This document shows positions 12,440 through 26,243 of a DNA stretch of 64,000 nt, piece after piece; the first letter of the stretch is position 1, and each line of letters begins with the position of its first letter. A program made the translations under genes and the position numbers. Location of the stretch: assembly GCA_949358305.1 (NCBI GenBank), contig OX442314.1, positions 24,552,001 to 24,616,000 on the forward strand, read 5' to 3'. This stretch comes from Strigamia acuminata (Eukaryota). The notes under the pieces are model-generated. The model did no database searches, had not been told where the DNA came from, and saw nothing but the letters and a program-made list of their open reading frames with translations.

Positions 12440-12482
<43 letters not shown>
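12440..12482. repeat. (AAT)14 microsatellite
   Basis: Perfect AAT run immediately after the MITE right TIR. Confidence 0.95.
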
Positions 12483-15400
12483 GTACCAGAAGTAAATGAA
12501 CGAAAACATCGCAAGTTTGTTTACTTCTGGTGTTATTGATTCTTCCCATGAATTACAACGACTTTTAGTGTGACCTGTTTATCTTAATTACCAGTAGGCG
12601 TTGATGAAGAGCATTGGCGAGGGCCAACGTTGAGTATTCTCTCACGAATATCTATTTTTGATCATATAATTTTCAAATGCTCCCACAGCTAAAGAGCAGA
12701 AGCAAATCATCATCTTCAATTTTAAAATATTCTTTTAAATAAATTAGTTTGCTATCCATCTCATTCATTATAGTGGTTTAATGTGTTTCTTTTTTTACTA
12801 GTTATAGTCAATAAGCCACAGTATGAAAAATAAATATATTTCATGATGTACTGAAGGAAACACATTTTAGCTTTTACTTTGAGTTGTCTTTGACCAAAAT
12901 AAGCAGCACTCTATTTATCGATTACATAGAGCGAGGGATCTTATTTCCTGCACACAACAGACATCACTTTCTTAATGATTGCTTCTCAGACACACTACTA
13001 GTTGTTTGCTCCTCTGCTTTCAAATCTCCTCTCTAATTTACAGTGCAATTCATCACCCGCACAGCAGACAATACGGACAGACATTTCATTTGCTTAACCT
13101 CTTCTAATATGGGAAAGATAAAGTGTCGTCAACTTGTAACAAAATCCATCCTCTCTGGCTTAAATCTGACACAATTTATGATGACTGAAACAAAAACTTT
13201 GATGAAAAAATGCTAATGAAATATGTTTTGTACAAAAATGCAGTAGCATGAATTCTCTCATGCAGTGTCAAAAGTAAAACTAATTGAATTCACATCGGAT
13301 TTAAACCAATTAAAAAAGGATGGCAATTTGCAAAGACGCTCGAAATAAATATCACTTCGAGTCATGAAATTAGTTTTCAACAATCTTTTAGTTGTAGCAG
13401 ACTTTTTATTTATAAAGTTTTCATATTTATTGGCAATTATATTCATGTGAGATTAAATGCGATGCATTAAAAATGATAAGTTTTAAACAAAATTACAAAA
13501 ATCAAAAAAAAGCTTCACAGCAATGCTACTTACTTAACTTCTATGTTTGTATTTTCTACTTTATGGTGATTTTTAAAGTATCCTTCGTGGCCAGAAAAAG
13601 TTTTATTTCTTGTAAATAAAAGATATTAATCTATAGTTTTTTCATGTTTATTTATTTTGTGTATGTTGTACTTTTGCAGCAAATGTATTTGATTTTGTTT
13701 ATTTATTTTTGTGAGTGACATCTTGCTGACCTGCTATTCTTTTACCATATGCATGCCTGGCATTCTCCTGCCCTTGCCAGAACAGAACCAGACTGCTTAA
13801 GTTATTTTAAACTACAAAACCTAAATGATAAAGTAAAAGATCCTCCACTATAAATAACAGTTGTACAAAAGAGACCTAGAGTGTTCTAACACCTGAAACC
13901 CGAGTCTGACGGTGTCCTCTAAAAGAAGCTCTGTGAACCTGCACCATGCGCCTTAATTCGCGCATTTCCATTACATCATAAATTTAACCCTAAAAGACTA
14001 TTTTGTGACACAAGAAATAAGCTCTCGCTAAAGGCAGGCGTACATGGATTTTTAGGTATATTTTATGCCGAAAAATCTAGAAATCGGAGCTAACTGGCAA
14101 AACCAAATTCACTTACAGTATATTGCGTTTGGATTTAAAGATCAGCAACCCAAATCACAAAGTTTTAAGTATGATTTTCAGATTCCTAACAAGATTTGCA
14201 GCAAAATTTAGTTGATTTGCGGTTGTTTTGCAAGATTATTTGCTGCTGATTTGCTGGATTTGCAAGTCCCAAAGACATATGTCAATGTCACGTAAACAAC
14301 AACTTTAATTATCCATTGTAAAAAAAAATAACAAAATTTATTAATCAAATGAAACAATAAATTATTTGCAGAGATGAATTCTAGAAAATTATGTTTTAAA
14401 GGGACCGGCTGGGACAAAAAATTTCCCTTACGGTATTAAATGTCTGAAGTGTTAATATTCAGAACTGATAACAGCTATTACAGCTGAACTCACCGGACAG
14501 ACACTTGAGTAACTGTAATGAGCAATTCAGTTTACCTCGACTGGCAATAAGCTTTAGTAACGATTAGTTCTTCCCCAATTTAGGTCTAGTGCTAGTTAGT
14601 TTAGTTCTTGCAAAAATCTTTACATTTGAATTGAGTTTAATTTTAATTAATCGACAATACCAGTACAAACGATTCAAACTGACAATTCAAGAACTTAGTT
14701 TGGCACCATGAATGTGTTTTCGTATGTATGAGCTGACATTCCTATTGGAGACATGTACGAATGCACAATGTTAGTGTCACCACACGTCGACACAGATAAT
14801 CTATAAAGAACCCATCCACAGGCTTACTGAATCGCTCTAAGTTGACAAGTCAAATGAAAATTATTGCAAGCTCAAGCAAAAGTCACTGACAGAACAAACA
14901 TTTTGAGTCCATTAACGCAAAATGAATATTTAGGCACAAACACATTAAAAACTTCCAAAAAATTTCAAATAAAACTGATACAAATATCAGTTGCAAGAGA
15001 CAATTTCACCTTAATGGGATAGTCTATATATTTAAGCTATAAAATGCACATTAGTTTTTATAAATTAGTCTACATTTTCCAAAAAGTTTTCTTTACCTAA
15101 AAAAAAAATTTATTTTTATGGAACGCTGTTTTCTGTCTTTTCTAGGGGTGGGTGAAGTCGAAAAAGAACAGCAACTGCTGTGCTCTTCCATTTTTTTTAT
15201 ATTTCTCCCACTCGAAAGCTCCGCTTTATTCTCATTGGGTACCTGTAAGGCACTATAACAAAAAAGTGATGCACATTTCAGCCACATGACTGTCACACAA
15301 ATTGTTTTAAATGCAACATTTTAAATTTTTACACATAATTAAATTTTTCTTTTATTTTTTCTTATTATAAAAAAAAAAATACAATCCAAATACAAATAAT

Positions 15401-18400
15401 TCAAAATGAGTCAAAAAACTCCTTTAAATTCAATAAACCAACTTCCAAATACATTCTTATTAATTCAACACGTCACCTTTAAAATATCGACATTCTAAAA
15501 AGCAAAAAGAAAAAAAAAATCAAAAAAAAAAAATAAATAAATAAATAAATAAATAACAGAGAACGTGATAAATAAAATGGTGTGACGGTGTTAGGAAAGT
15601 AAAAGGGATGTTATTGGTGAGCAACGGCGTGACAGGAGCATTGGGTGAGGGCCAAACACCCTGGAAATGGACTCTGAACAAAAGGAGGTAATTACTAACA
15701 GCCTGGTTTCTCCAAAGAACAGAGGATGAGGATGCTCTAATAGGACGAGGACATTAAGGAGCGACAATGGCCTCGGGCAACCCGATCTGGTGCCTTCGAA
15801 ATAAAAAGCTTTCTCCTAGATCCGTTTGCCATGTGAGGCCAGAGGACACGCACCCACTAAACTGACCCATTAGCCGCAGTTTCCCCCGATGAAAATGCAC
15901 TTGCAACGTCTTCCTTTACTTATCTCTGTTTTCATTACGAATCACATTTTTTAAAGGTAAAAGACCCGTATCTCCCTCTCTGTGTGTGTAAAACGAAATC
16001 TCCGAGAGAAACTTCTGTAGAACGAAGAACTCTATGGAAGAGACGAGCGAAAAACGTCAGGTGGATACAGGGGGTTCTTTTATCAGGTGTAGGTCGATAT
16101 TGGGAAATGCATTTCCAGTGCACAGCCATCAAGCGTTGGCGACACGGCCCAGTGTGCTTAAGAATTAGTGCCAATCACTAGTCCAAAACTTTTCCAGTAA
16201 TCAATAAAGTGCCTGGCATTATTTATTTATATTAAAAAAGGGTAGAAATAATTTGACATCCAACGTTACGTTATCAGATTCTTGGCAAATGGTACGGTAC
16301 GTGCAACTTTAATTTAAAGAGGATACGAATAATGGAAGGGGTAATGTTAAGTTGTGATAAATCTGTGGATAGAAGTAAAAGCTTGAGCGTTTTTGACAAA
16401 GCTGTTGTACTGTATGTTGTGGTAAAAACGAATTTAAATTTAAATTACAGTGGCTCGTCCAATTCCAATGTTTTCAAAAAATTTAAAAAACAAAAACTAG
16501 TGTTAAAAACCATTACAATATTTTTTCTTTTGAAATAACTAGTGAAACACTAAAGAAATATTAGAAATAAAATAGCTAAATAGGTAAATGACACAAGATA
16601 GCGATAGCGACGATTAGCAAAATGTAAATTATAGGTACAATAGCCTACAAAATGAAGCTTTAGGATAGAAGCCTTTAAGGCGTGGGATACCATAATAGCA
16701 TCGGACGCAAACTGTGTAATAATTGCTTATTAGGCCTTTATTCAGTTGCCTAGGGCCAGGTTCCCATGCCTTTTCCTATTGCTTATGCTACATTGCTGCA
16801 GCATATCTGCAACCACACGTCGCCCATGTGGTTAGGGTTAACCATAGACAAAGAGGTTGGTTGACTAATTCAGGACTCCGTCCCTTGGTCCATGGATCGC
16901 TCACAGTACTGGGAATGGCATACCGGCATATTCCCGAAGCATCTCCATGGTAAACAAGAGTGGAGAATAGCAAGGTGTTGTTGACCTTAGCTGTTCCTGT
17001 ACAACTCTGGCTCCAAACAGGAAGTTGAGTCTTTTATAGTCCATTTGTGACGATTCTACCTATTATGATAGGCTATATACTGTGTATATCTTATGTACTC
17101 ATATATCAGCATAAATTATTATTACAGATGAAAAAAATATATTTTTAACTGTAGTTCCAAATTATATTTTTCATTTTCGATGAGCATTTTTCCAATTTGC
17201 ATTTTATTGCTTTTGCATAACAACATATATTAAAAACAACCTTAGCAAAAATAACAAATAAAAAAAGGAGGACAGTTTTCTAAAGATGTTTTTCCTGTTT
17301 TTAAAATGACGTTTCAGAATGAGTGACTTCATTTGTGCTTTGCTGATCATCCGTACGAATGCCAACACCATAACAGTCATTTGCACTAAACGACCAATGC
17401 AACTGGTAGTGTAAATGTCAAGTTAAACAACTCAATTTTCGAGTTTAAAAATAAATTTCAGTGTAAATAAATTAGCACATGAAAAATATGTAACAATCAG
17501 ATAAGAATAGTAGATTCTGTACGTGTTATACCTATACCCACATTAAAAATTGAAGCGACAATCCAAGATGGCGCCAAGTTAGCTGGTTTGCACACCAATG
17601 TTCGTGTAAAGATAATTAAAACATGGCGTGCAGGTCGTTTCCGTTTAACCAACGTTGTGCAAAAACGAGTGTAAATGCGTTTACATTGGTTTTAATGACT
17701 TTTCGAATGCAGCTGTGTGTCATTTTGACAGTTGGTCGTCCAGAGAGGTTTTAAAACTAGTTTTAAAACAATAATTGGATAAAAAAAAAACCAATTTGAA
17801 AAATTTAAAAAATTCGCCATAAATTATTACCAGATTAAGGATTAGAACTAATTAATATTTTGATAACAATTTGACACTTTTCATTAAATAAATAAATTTA
17901 ATACCGAAACATGACATGTTTTTGTTTTGCTTCGTATCTTATTAAATATCGTGACAGATCCAAACACGCTTCCCACATCCGAACGTTTTCCCTTAAGATT
18001 TTAAATTGTATAGTTCGAATAGAAATAGATTTCGACCGTCCTCATTTTTCGACGCAAAGCCCTTCGACCGCTTTTAAATTGATCCTCGTCAGACTAAAAC
18101 ACATTACGATTGACAATAACAATTTAATTTCAAAACTCCCCTGACAAGTTGGAATGTAATGCGTGACAGAGTTGAAGATGGTCCAAATTTTTGACAAAAT
18201 GTCACGAGTGAATTATGGTATTGGTCGAGGGAATTCTTGACGCTCGTCCCGCTCACTTTTTCGAAATTTATACCTTTTTGAAATGGAGTTTGAAAAAGAA
18301 ATGAACCAATAAAAAATATTCCACGTTAAAATGTATTCCTCGCACTGTCAACTTTGGTAAATCTTTCATAAGAAAGAAAAAAAAAAAAAAAAAAAAAAAG

Positions 18401-19540
18401 TGGAAAAAAGAAGGGAGTGAACCCATCAACTCTCGCCCACATCTCGTCAGAGTTGCGTCGACTCTCGCGAGCGCCATCTGGCACTGTCTCGGAGGAGCAA
18501 AAGTGCCTTTATCGATCGAGCGCAGGTTTAAGCAATGCCAGCATCGTCCTCTTGTTTATGTTAGCTGGTTAGCCACCGAACGACGGTCGGCTCTGGGCGG
18601 GAATCCCATCAAAAATTTGTCCTTGCCTACTCACTGTGCCTGATCTACGGTGCATTTCCATCCCATCCCATACCAACCACCCCACGACAGTCATCCAAAA
18701 CACCAGATCACCGGCTCTCTCTTCCCTTTGGGTGTTATTCTCGGTCGTGCACCCACTCCAAACATCGTCGTAAAAAGCAACGACAAATCTCCAATGCAAA
18801 ACTCAACAACAAAAACAACAACATAGTCATCAGCAAACTTCTATATACAGTTTTAACCTTCACTTAAACAAAGGACTTGTTCTATTTTCCATTAGGCTCG
18901 TCAAACAATGCACACATTCGCACATTTTCGCACTATCAAACAAAACGAAAATATAAAAAGCCGCCAGCAAGTGCGCAGCGTTTTACGCATTCGAGATTTA
19001 AACACAAAACGTGTGGAAAAGAAAACAGGCCTGAAAACGTGTATTAAATGGTTTTCATCTTTCCGAATGCTTGCTAAGTGCTAATTACTCTATCTTTCCC
19101 TTTTGTTTATCCCCGAACTCATTGCGACGCTTTAATTGTTTATTCTTTCTTCCTCCGCGAGGGATTAGGCGCTGAAAATTATTTGACTAACATAAAGATG
19201 CGTCGGGAAAGAAAAAAAATGAAAGACAGCAGAAAAAGACACGCGCTAGAGTGATGATAACGCAAATGGATGGGCTTAAGATGACAAACAGATTAGTCCT
19301 TGGGGCAATATTAGGCCTAAAACTTGAAAGCAAGTCTTGCAGCATCTACTTAAGACTCATAAATTGTGCATGAGAATTAAAAGAAGGATATAATGAGAAA
19401 AATGCTAAACGACAAATCCAAGTAAACTCATAACTTAGAAAAAAAAAAGTTTGTAAAGCTTGTAAAAATTCATATTTATGTATATTTGTTTTTTTTTTTT
19501 TTAAAAAAAAAGAAAAGATAAAAGTTGTTTTAGTACTTAC

Positions 19541-19661
19541 CGAAGTGTGGCAAGAGCGTTGTCAAAACGATGAAGGCGAAGTAAAATGTTGAGATGCTGC
19601 AAGGAATTGTACGCGTCGTCTTTACAGCTCGGTTGACTAGCCATGCCCCATGCAAATTAAC
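19541..19661 (-). other. Candidate orphan exon (121 nt), possibly the first coding exon of a downstream secreted/membrane protein gene
   Basis: Acceptor TGCAG|G and strong donor CG|GTAAGT. Frame 0 is open and ends in a hydrophobic stretch (STFYFAFIVLTTLLPHF, phase 1). An ATG-started frame (MASQPSCKDD...) is also open. Confidence 0.4.
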
Positions 19662-20063
19662 CTGCATGCAAATACATTAACACTTATTTTCATAATCCAA
19701 CAACACTTAATATTATGCGGAAAGTAATCTCGTCGTAACATAAAATAAATTCTTTCCGGAAAATTAATTAAAAAACTAAACATGAAATTATAATTTTTTT
19801 TTTTTAGGAAAGGGTTTTAAAGAATAAGAAGGCGCTACTGTAAAAACCACATGCCACAAACACAATAAATTGAGGAAGAAAAAAAAAGATTATCAGATTT
19901 GCAAATCCAGAAAATTTATTCAGAAATCCTATAAAAGGCTTTCGAATAAATTGTGTTAATTTTTCTTGGCAAAATAGCCCGCATTAAAACTACCCTTTTT
20001 GTTGTTTACCACTACACTCTACTAATAGGATTGAAATTCTTGCATTTTCAGCAAAACTCATTA

Positions 20064-20521
20064 CCATAAATGCTCTAATAGAACGCGGGTGTTCTACGGA
20101 CAAAATCTAGATTTCCTCTGTAATTTTATCTTTTAGTGTTCTTGATCAATTTAGACATTTATTTTAGTCGTTTTGTTTAATTTAAACACTTATTTTAGTC
20201 ATTTTGTTCAATTTAGACATTTATTTTTTACATTTTGTTCAATTTAGACATTTATTTTAGTCATTTGTTCAACTTAGACATTTATTTTAGTCGTATTGTT
20301 CAATTTAGACATTCATTTTAGTCATATTGTTCAATTTAGAAATTTAATTTAGTCGTTTTGTTCAATTTAGACATATATTTTAGTCGTTTTCTTCAATTTA
20401 GACATATATTTTAGTCGTTTTGTTTAATTTAGAACTAGAATTTTGTAATTTTGTTTAATTTACACATAGAATTCAGTCGGTTTTGTCCATTTAGACCCGC
20501 GTTCTATTAGAGCATTTACAG
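20064..20521. mobile_element. Tc1/mariner-pogo-like MITE with TA TSD carrying an internal ~29-30-bp tandem array
   Basis: TAAATGCTCTAATAGAACGCGGGT (20067-20090) is a perfect inverse of ACCCGCGTTCTATTAGAGCATTTA (20495-20518). TA flanks both ends. The interior holds ~11 copies of ATTTAGACATTTATTTTAGTCGTTTTGTTCA-like units. Confidence 0.88.
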
Positions 20522-22218
20522 TACTTAATATCCGGATTTGTAAACCTCGTTTTCCCTCGTGTCTAATCGCAATCATGCAATGTTTTATTTACTTTGAAAA
20601 ATAACATTGTGACCCAAAGCTATGTGGGAACCTCCTCATTACACTATACATAAAAATGCGCGGTGTAAGCAGGAAAGCGCAACCAGAGGCGGAGCTTTTC
20701 AATCGATGGTGTAACACTGGATTGCTGCGTTGCTGGTGTTGATGGGGACAGGCAATGTAGAAAAATATTTTATTCGACTTGAAAAAACTTATTACAATAA
20801 CCAAAGCGTATCTTTTTTTTTCTTTCTTTTTAAGTGTCATCACAGAAAAATTATGATTTTTTTCCTTTGCAGCTTTATATAAAATTGAAATTGCTAGAAC
20901 TATGCCAATAATGACAAAAAATTTCAGCGGAGCAACAAGAATAAGATATAAAAAAATGTTTTTATGTGTGTACACAATAAATCAAGGTCTAGCAATAAGA
21001 GAAAGACCCATTTTGACAACAAGTCAAAAAATTCATGTACAGTACATTTTCCTAAAGACACACTCTTCTATTGAATATTTACAAAAACAAAAATTAAAAA
21101 TTACATTATCATCCTAGTTTATGGTATTTAATTTTTTTTCCCCATATTAAAGCACGGCACTTGGACTAACTGCGACACAAGACACCAATTATAAATAAAA
21201 ATGGCGATGGAGAACAAGAAATTGTAATTTTTTTTTGTTTTCCCACCTTAAAAAGCGAAATAAATAAACGATTACAAATAAAATAATTCCACTGACTAAA
21301 TACTCAAACATTTCATGACAGAAAATTGTTATTTTATAACAGTTTGATAAATGAAAAATAAATCTATTGCGATGTGTGTCACTCTTCGTTTATAGAATGG
21401 CGTACGGCAATCCCACGTCGAATCAGGTGATGGCGTTTCACCCATAAAATTTTGTTTCTTTCCATTCCGTGAAGAAATAGAAAAGAAAAAAAAAAGTGGG
21501 GGAAAAATAAGGAATAAAAAAAAGAAAAGAAAATGAGACGACCGCCTTTTGTGCCGGTGCTTGAGGATGATGGATAACTTTAAGTGCTCCGTCATGGGAG
21601 CCTGCGGAAAAAAGACAATTCCTACACAATTGTACTAAGCTGCGCATTAAGGTTCGGAGGCAAAGTTCAATTCCATTTAAACTCAACCTAAAGAATGTTT
21701 GTTTCTCTTTCTGACCTTTCCACAAGAAAACTTATTTCGTTTCAAATGGACTCATACGCTTACCCACTTTACATTTTTTTTCTGCCCGTTATTTATTTAT
21801 GCTATTTATTTATTTAGATCAGTTCAAACAAATCGAATTTAAAATGCAAACTAATCATGAATAAGTAAACTATTGCCCATTTAAAGCGACCGTTCCAATA
21901 CGAACTTGAATATTCTACATTACGCGCCAATTGCCTTCTGTCAAAAACTAAACCGGGTTAAATTTAAAACCATAAAAAAAAAAACTAGAGTAGAGAGAAT
22001 ATATACAGCCAATAATCTCCTATTGGATTGCGCATAAATCACCATTAAGCACTCTTAGGAACAAACGCATTAAATCAAAGTCAAACGGACAGTTGTTATA
22101 GTTAATAAATCGCCGTGCTTTGAAATTTGAATCTAAAAGATTGTATATTATTTTTATTTCTTTAAAACATGAAATATCGCATTATGTTGCGATCAAAAGT
22201 GTGCATCCTATTATTAAC

Positions 22219-22539
22219 TAGTTTGCGCCCGGTTTCTTAACACTAAATTCGTACTGCGCAGACGATTTTCTAATTCCAGTTGTAATTTAGTTGTATTAAG
22301 CCTAATATTAGGCCTAATAGTGCTAAAAATAAGGTAAATAACTACAAATATTTTGGTACTAAGCTGTAAATTACTTTTAATAATGAGTTATTGTTGTTTA
22401 TTGACTTTATTTTAGAATTATTAGGCCTAATATTAGGCTTAATACTGCTAAATAACAACTGGAATTAGAAAATCGTCTGCGCAGAATGGGATGCGCAGTA
22501 AGAATTTAGCATCAAGATACCGCTACCGGGCGCAAACTG
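22219..22539. mobile_element. Foldback-like MITE with >100-bp imperfect inverted arms
   Basis: AGTTTGCGCCCGGT...CTGCGCAGACGATTTTCTAATTCCAGTTGT...TATTAAGCCTAATATTAGGCCTAATA is mirrored by TATTAGGCCTAATATTAGGCTTAATA...ACAACTGGAATTAGAAAATCGTCTGCGCAG...ACCGGGCGCAAACT. Partial copies at ~50735-50905 and ~62350-62430. Confidence 0.85.
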
Positions 22540-23710
22540 TAGGTCCCTGCAAGATTTGCAGGAAGACGAGCGATTGGGGCTCTTTTGAACTTAAATTTAT
22601 TGAAATTTGTACATCGAAAGTGAGTTGTGTCTACTCCCTGTCCGTACACCTACGCAAGATAGGTGTTAGGGGACCCTATTCTAAACACGTAAGCCTATAC
22701 GAGACATAGGTAAATGCTTGTGCATTTGTACGATGTTAGGAAATCCCATCTGATGCATAGTCAATGTACACTGAATTAAATTAGGTTTAAAAAAAATAGA
22801 CATCTACAAGCATAAATGCATTGAAAATCTATTTTTTTCAAGTAAATAAATGTTCATTTTGGCACAATTGCATCTTTTAAAGGCAAAAATGTGCAAAGAA
22901 TGTCGTTATTTTTCCACCAGGAAATGAAATGGTAACAGACAAACAGTCTTTTCCGAAATAATTTGATTTAATTCCAATTAACGGTAAAAATTTTGTTGTA
23001 ATTGGTTTTGTTAGCAATTATCGTCTACACTGCCAAGAATTTTTGACTTTAATGATTTTAAATATGAAAACAGGAACCGGATATTTAAATGAAGTAAATA
23101 ATAAAAACCACTGATAATTTCAAAAGAAAACGACTAGCTAGGCAATCAACAGCAACAAAATGAACAATAAATATTGCAAGTAATGAATGCAAACTGCAAA
23201 CAATACAAAAACAATACTAAACAATTGTCAGGAAAAACCATATAGACTTGAATATGGGATCCTTCTACCAATAATATTGAAATGCTCTTTCAAACAGTCA
23301 CATAACCCATCAGGATGCACTCATAGGTAAATTTAGAGTTGTAGCCCCAGAAGTTTCCCTAAAACACGCGCCAACAAATGTTGATTTTCTATGATAGAAG
23401 GAGGCTCGTTCGCTATCGCTCGCCAAGAAGACCAATAAAAAAAATAAATTGAAATGTGACAGGTTTTCCAGGTACAATTTGACTTCAGGCAGCCATTTTT
23501 AGGTGACAAAAAGTAAAAATAACCGTATAGTAATATTCAATACGGAGTATCGTTAAAAAAGCGAGGAAAAAATAAAATAAAATTGACATTTTTCTAATGT
23601 AATAAAATAATTTGTTCCGTCTTGACCTCCATAACCTCGTAGGAAAGCCTGCCGCTATCTACAACTCCTTGGCGCATCATTTCATTTAAGTATTTACAAT
23701 GCCAGGAAAT

Positions 23711-23716
23711 TTTATT
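23711..23716 (-). promoter_or_regulatory. Candidate polyadenylation signal of the CUB/LDLa gene
   Basis: AATAAA on the minus strand ~340 bp downstream of the stop codon; such hexamers are common in AT-rich DNA. Confidence 0.3.
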
Positions 23717-24054
23717 ACGTTTTATATATAACATGGTACGCGAAACAGAAAATGACAAAACATGCACATGTACACAATTAATTAGTGAATTTGATTGGTA
23801 AAACCCAAAATAAACCATTTTTCCAGTTTTTGGTGTCCCCCCTGTTTATAGAAAAACCAAAAAACGGTAATAAAAACAAAAAAGTTGAACGCACCTATTG
23901 TTTCGCCTACTAATATCACAACTAACCCGATTACGGCTGTATATTCTCCCATCTCTCAATTGAACTCACGAACTATCCACACACATAATGACTAAAAATC
24001 AAACCAAACCTAATTGAACGCACTCAAACAGAAATAAAAGCGTAAAAAATACCT

Positions 24055-26165
24055 TCATCTAGGTGTTCCCACTCTTCTATTCCGTTCTCCGCACCGTCTG
24101 AATGTGCACATGACACACAATGTCATGACAACGCCACCGGCCACTCCCATACCAATGGCGATCCAGTCGAGAGAAAAGGCACTCGACCGACACAGAGACA
24201 AAGCCTCGTCGGCAAATTCGACGCTCGTATCAGTGGAATGCTTGGGGCAGTTGCCCACCCCATTGCACACGAGATCCTGCGGGATGCACACGTTGGAGCC
24301 GTGGCAGAGAAACGGACAAGGTTCCATGCCAAGTTTTAAATAATACTCGCTCTGTTTGCCTTGCATCACTTCGGTGAACACCAGCTTAAACCTGGCGTCG
24401 GAGGAAGGGGCCGCACGCAGCTCCACCAAAATCTTGTTGGCTGCCATGTTGGTGGAATTGATGATCGGCAGCTGGAACGCCTGATCGTCGCATACACTCA
24501 AAACCGCCTCGTCGGCGTAGCTGTAGCCGGCGCTCGGCAGGCGGATCTCGATCCTATCCGACGTGCAATTGCCCGACATTTGCAAATAATCGAACCACAA
24601 AAAGAGGTCTTTGTTCGGCGTCACGTAAATCGTCCAGATGCAGTGCACGAACCGCTCCACGTCCACATAGTCCGGCTCCACGTACGGAAACACGAGTTCG
24701 CCTTGACTCCTGCTCGGGATCAAGCTGGGCCCGCACAAGGGCCCGTGGAAAAATTCGTACGTCCCTTGAAACACTTCCATTTTGTTGTGGAAATAATTGT
24801 ACTCGACAAACTCGCCCTCGTAGTGCAGCCGCAGCTCCAGACTCGCGCCCGACGACACGAACGTCAGTCCGCCGTGCTTGCCGAGGTCGCTCGTGTTGTT
24901 GCATAAACAAACCAAGTCCGTCGTGTTGTCGGAGGATTCTCGAATCACTATTTTGTCTACTGGGTCGGCCAGACACGAGATGCACGCGCGCTTGTTGTAG
25001 CCGAACTGGAGGGAAAACAGCGTGAGGAAAACGCGCTCGAAAGGTGCCGCGTTCGCCTCGAAAGTGTAATGGCACTGTAACGAATCCTTGCGCTTGAAGA
25101 TGAGATGGTTGAGCGGCGAACTGAACAGTCCCGACGTCGAAAAGCTGCTCTGGAACAGCTCGTCGCAAGCGGTGTTGGCCACCGGCTGGCCGTACTTGTA
25201 CGCGTTGTAAAAGTCGAACTGTATCCAAAAATCCAGAGACGAACCGGCGTAGGAACCGGTCGCGCTTTTGAATTGGATCAACATGGCCGGACCGGACGAC
25301 ACGAAGTCTTTGCTGTCTTGAACCGGGGCCGCCCAAGTGTCGCAGAAAATGGCCACCACTCGGGCTTCGTCGCGTCGATCGGAATCGTAGACGGACAACG
25401 ACTCGGAGCAGTCTCTCGTGGGCGCGATGGCGTGTTTCGGCCGGTGCACGCGAAAACTCTTGAAATACAGACGAATTATCTGGTTCGGCTGCGCCCGGAT
25501 GAGGAAATCGCAGTTTGTGTTGGGCGTGTACCACGTGGCTAACGAGTGGAAGCGACGATCGTGATCGGAAAGTTCGTCGCGACTGTCGAACATTGTGCTG
25601 CACGATCCGTTCACTTTGGTCGCGCCGGGGCCCACCCATTTCGGATTGGGGCCCACGCTGAAGTGGAAGCCCGTGTTGAGCATGGGCCCGGCTACGGTGG
25701 ACACGAAAACGACGAGCAGTCGCGTGCTGGTTCCCGTTATGGCGTACGGGAAGCGCCCGGTGCCGCAAAACGTGCCGATGACGGGGCTGGTTTCGGTCCA
25801 TCCGTCGTGGATGCGCAGGTAGTCGCCCGGACAGTTGGTGGTGACGGGCCGCATGGGGCAGACGATCATGTCGGCGCAGTGTTGGCCGTCGATGCTGAGC
25901 ACCTCGTTCTCCAAATGTGGATTGATGTATACACTTTGTGTATGCAAAAAGTAACGGCAACGAAGATTGCGAGGGTAAATTCCCGGGTAACCAGGTGATT
26001 GAACGTAGCATGTTCCCAGGCGGCAGTCGTGGAAGATGCGGTCGCAGAAAGTGCCGCTCACGAGTTTGCCGCGACGATCCGGGTACAGAATTGGATTGGG
26101 TCCATAACGGGCAAATAATTCAAATTGTTGTTCGGCACGGGAAGTGAAAGTCAAATAGGTTTTAT
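24055..26165 (-). CDS. CUB/LDLa transmembrane protein, last coding exon (CUB2-CUB5, LDLa-like module, TM helix, cytoplasmic tail)
   Basis: 699-aa ORF with CUB signatures (VQSPGYPGIYPRNLRCRY; CPGDYLRIHDG...VIGTFCG; NTNCDFLI...IIRLYF; SGLFSSP...CHYTF; CIWTI...CTSDRIEI), an LDLa-like segment CPFLCHGSNVCIPQDLVCNGVGNCP...DE and a TM segment WIAIGMGVAGGVVMTLCVMCTF followed by RR. Acceptor CCCTAG|AT at 26166/26165, phase 1. Confidence 0.95.
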
Positions 26166-26243
26166 CTAGGGAAATGAAATAAATTAATGAATTTTAAAAC
26201 AGAGTGCTGTGTAATTATTTAATACACCCAAGATGGAGACATA

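Noticed and set aside
24554..26011. 485-aa overlapping ORF in an alternate minus-strand frame, plus several antisense ORFs (24361-25998)
   Set aside because: Shadow frames: the high GC3 of the CUB exon removes stop codons from them. The products are Arg-rich with no recognisable domain.
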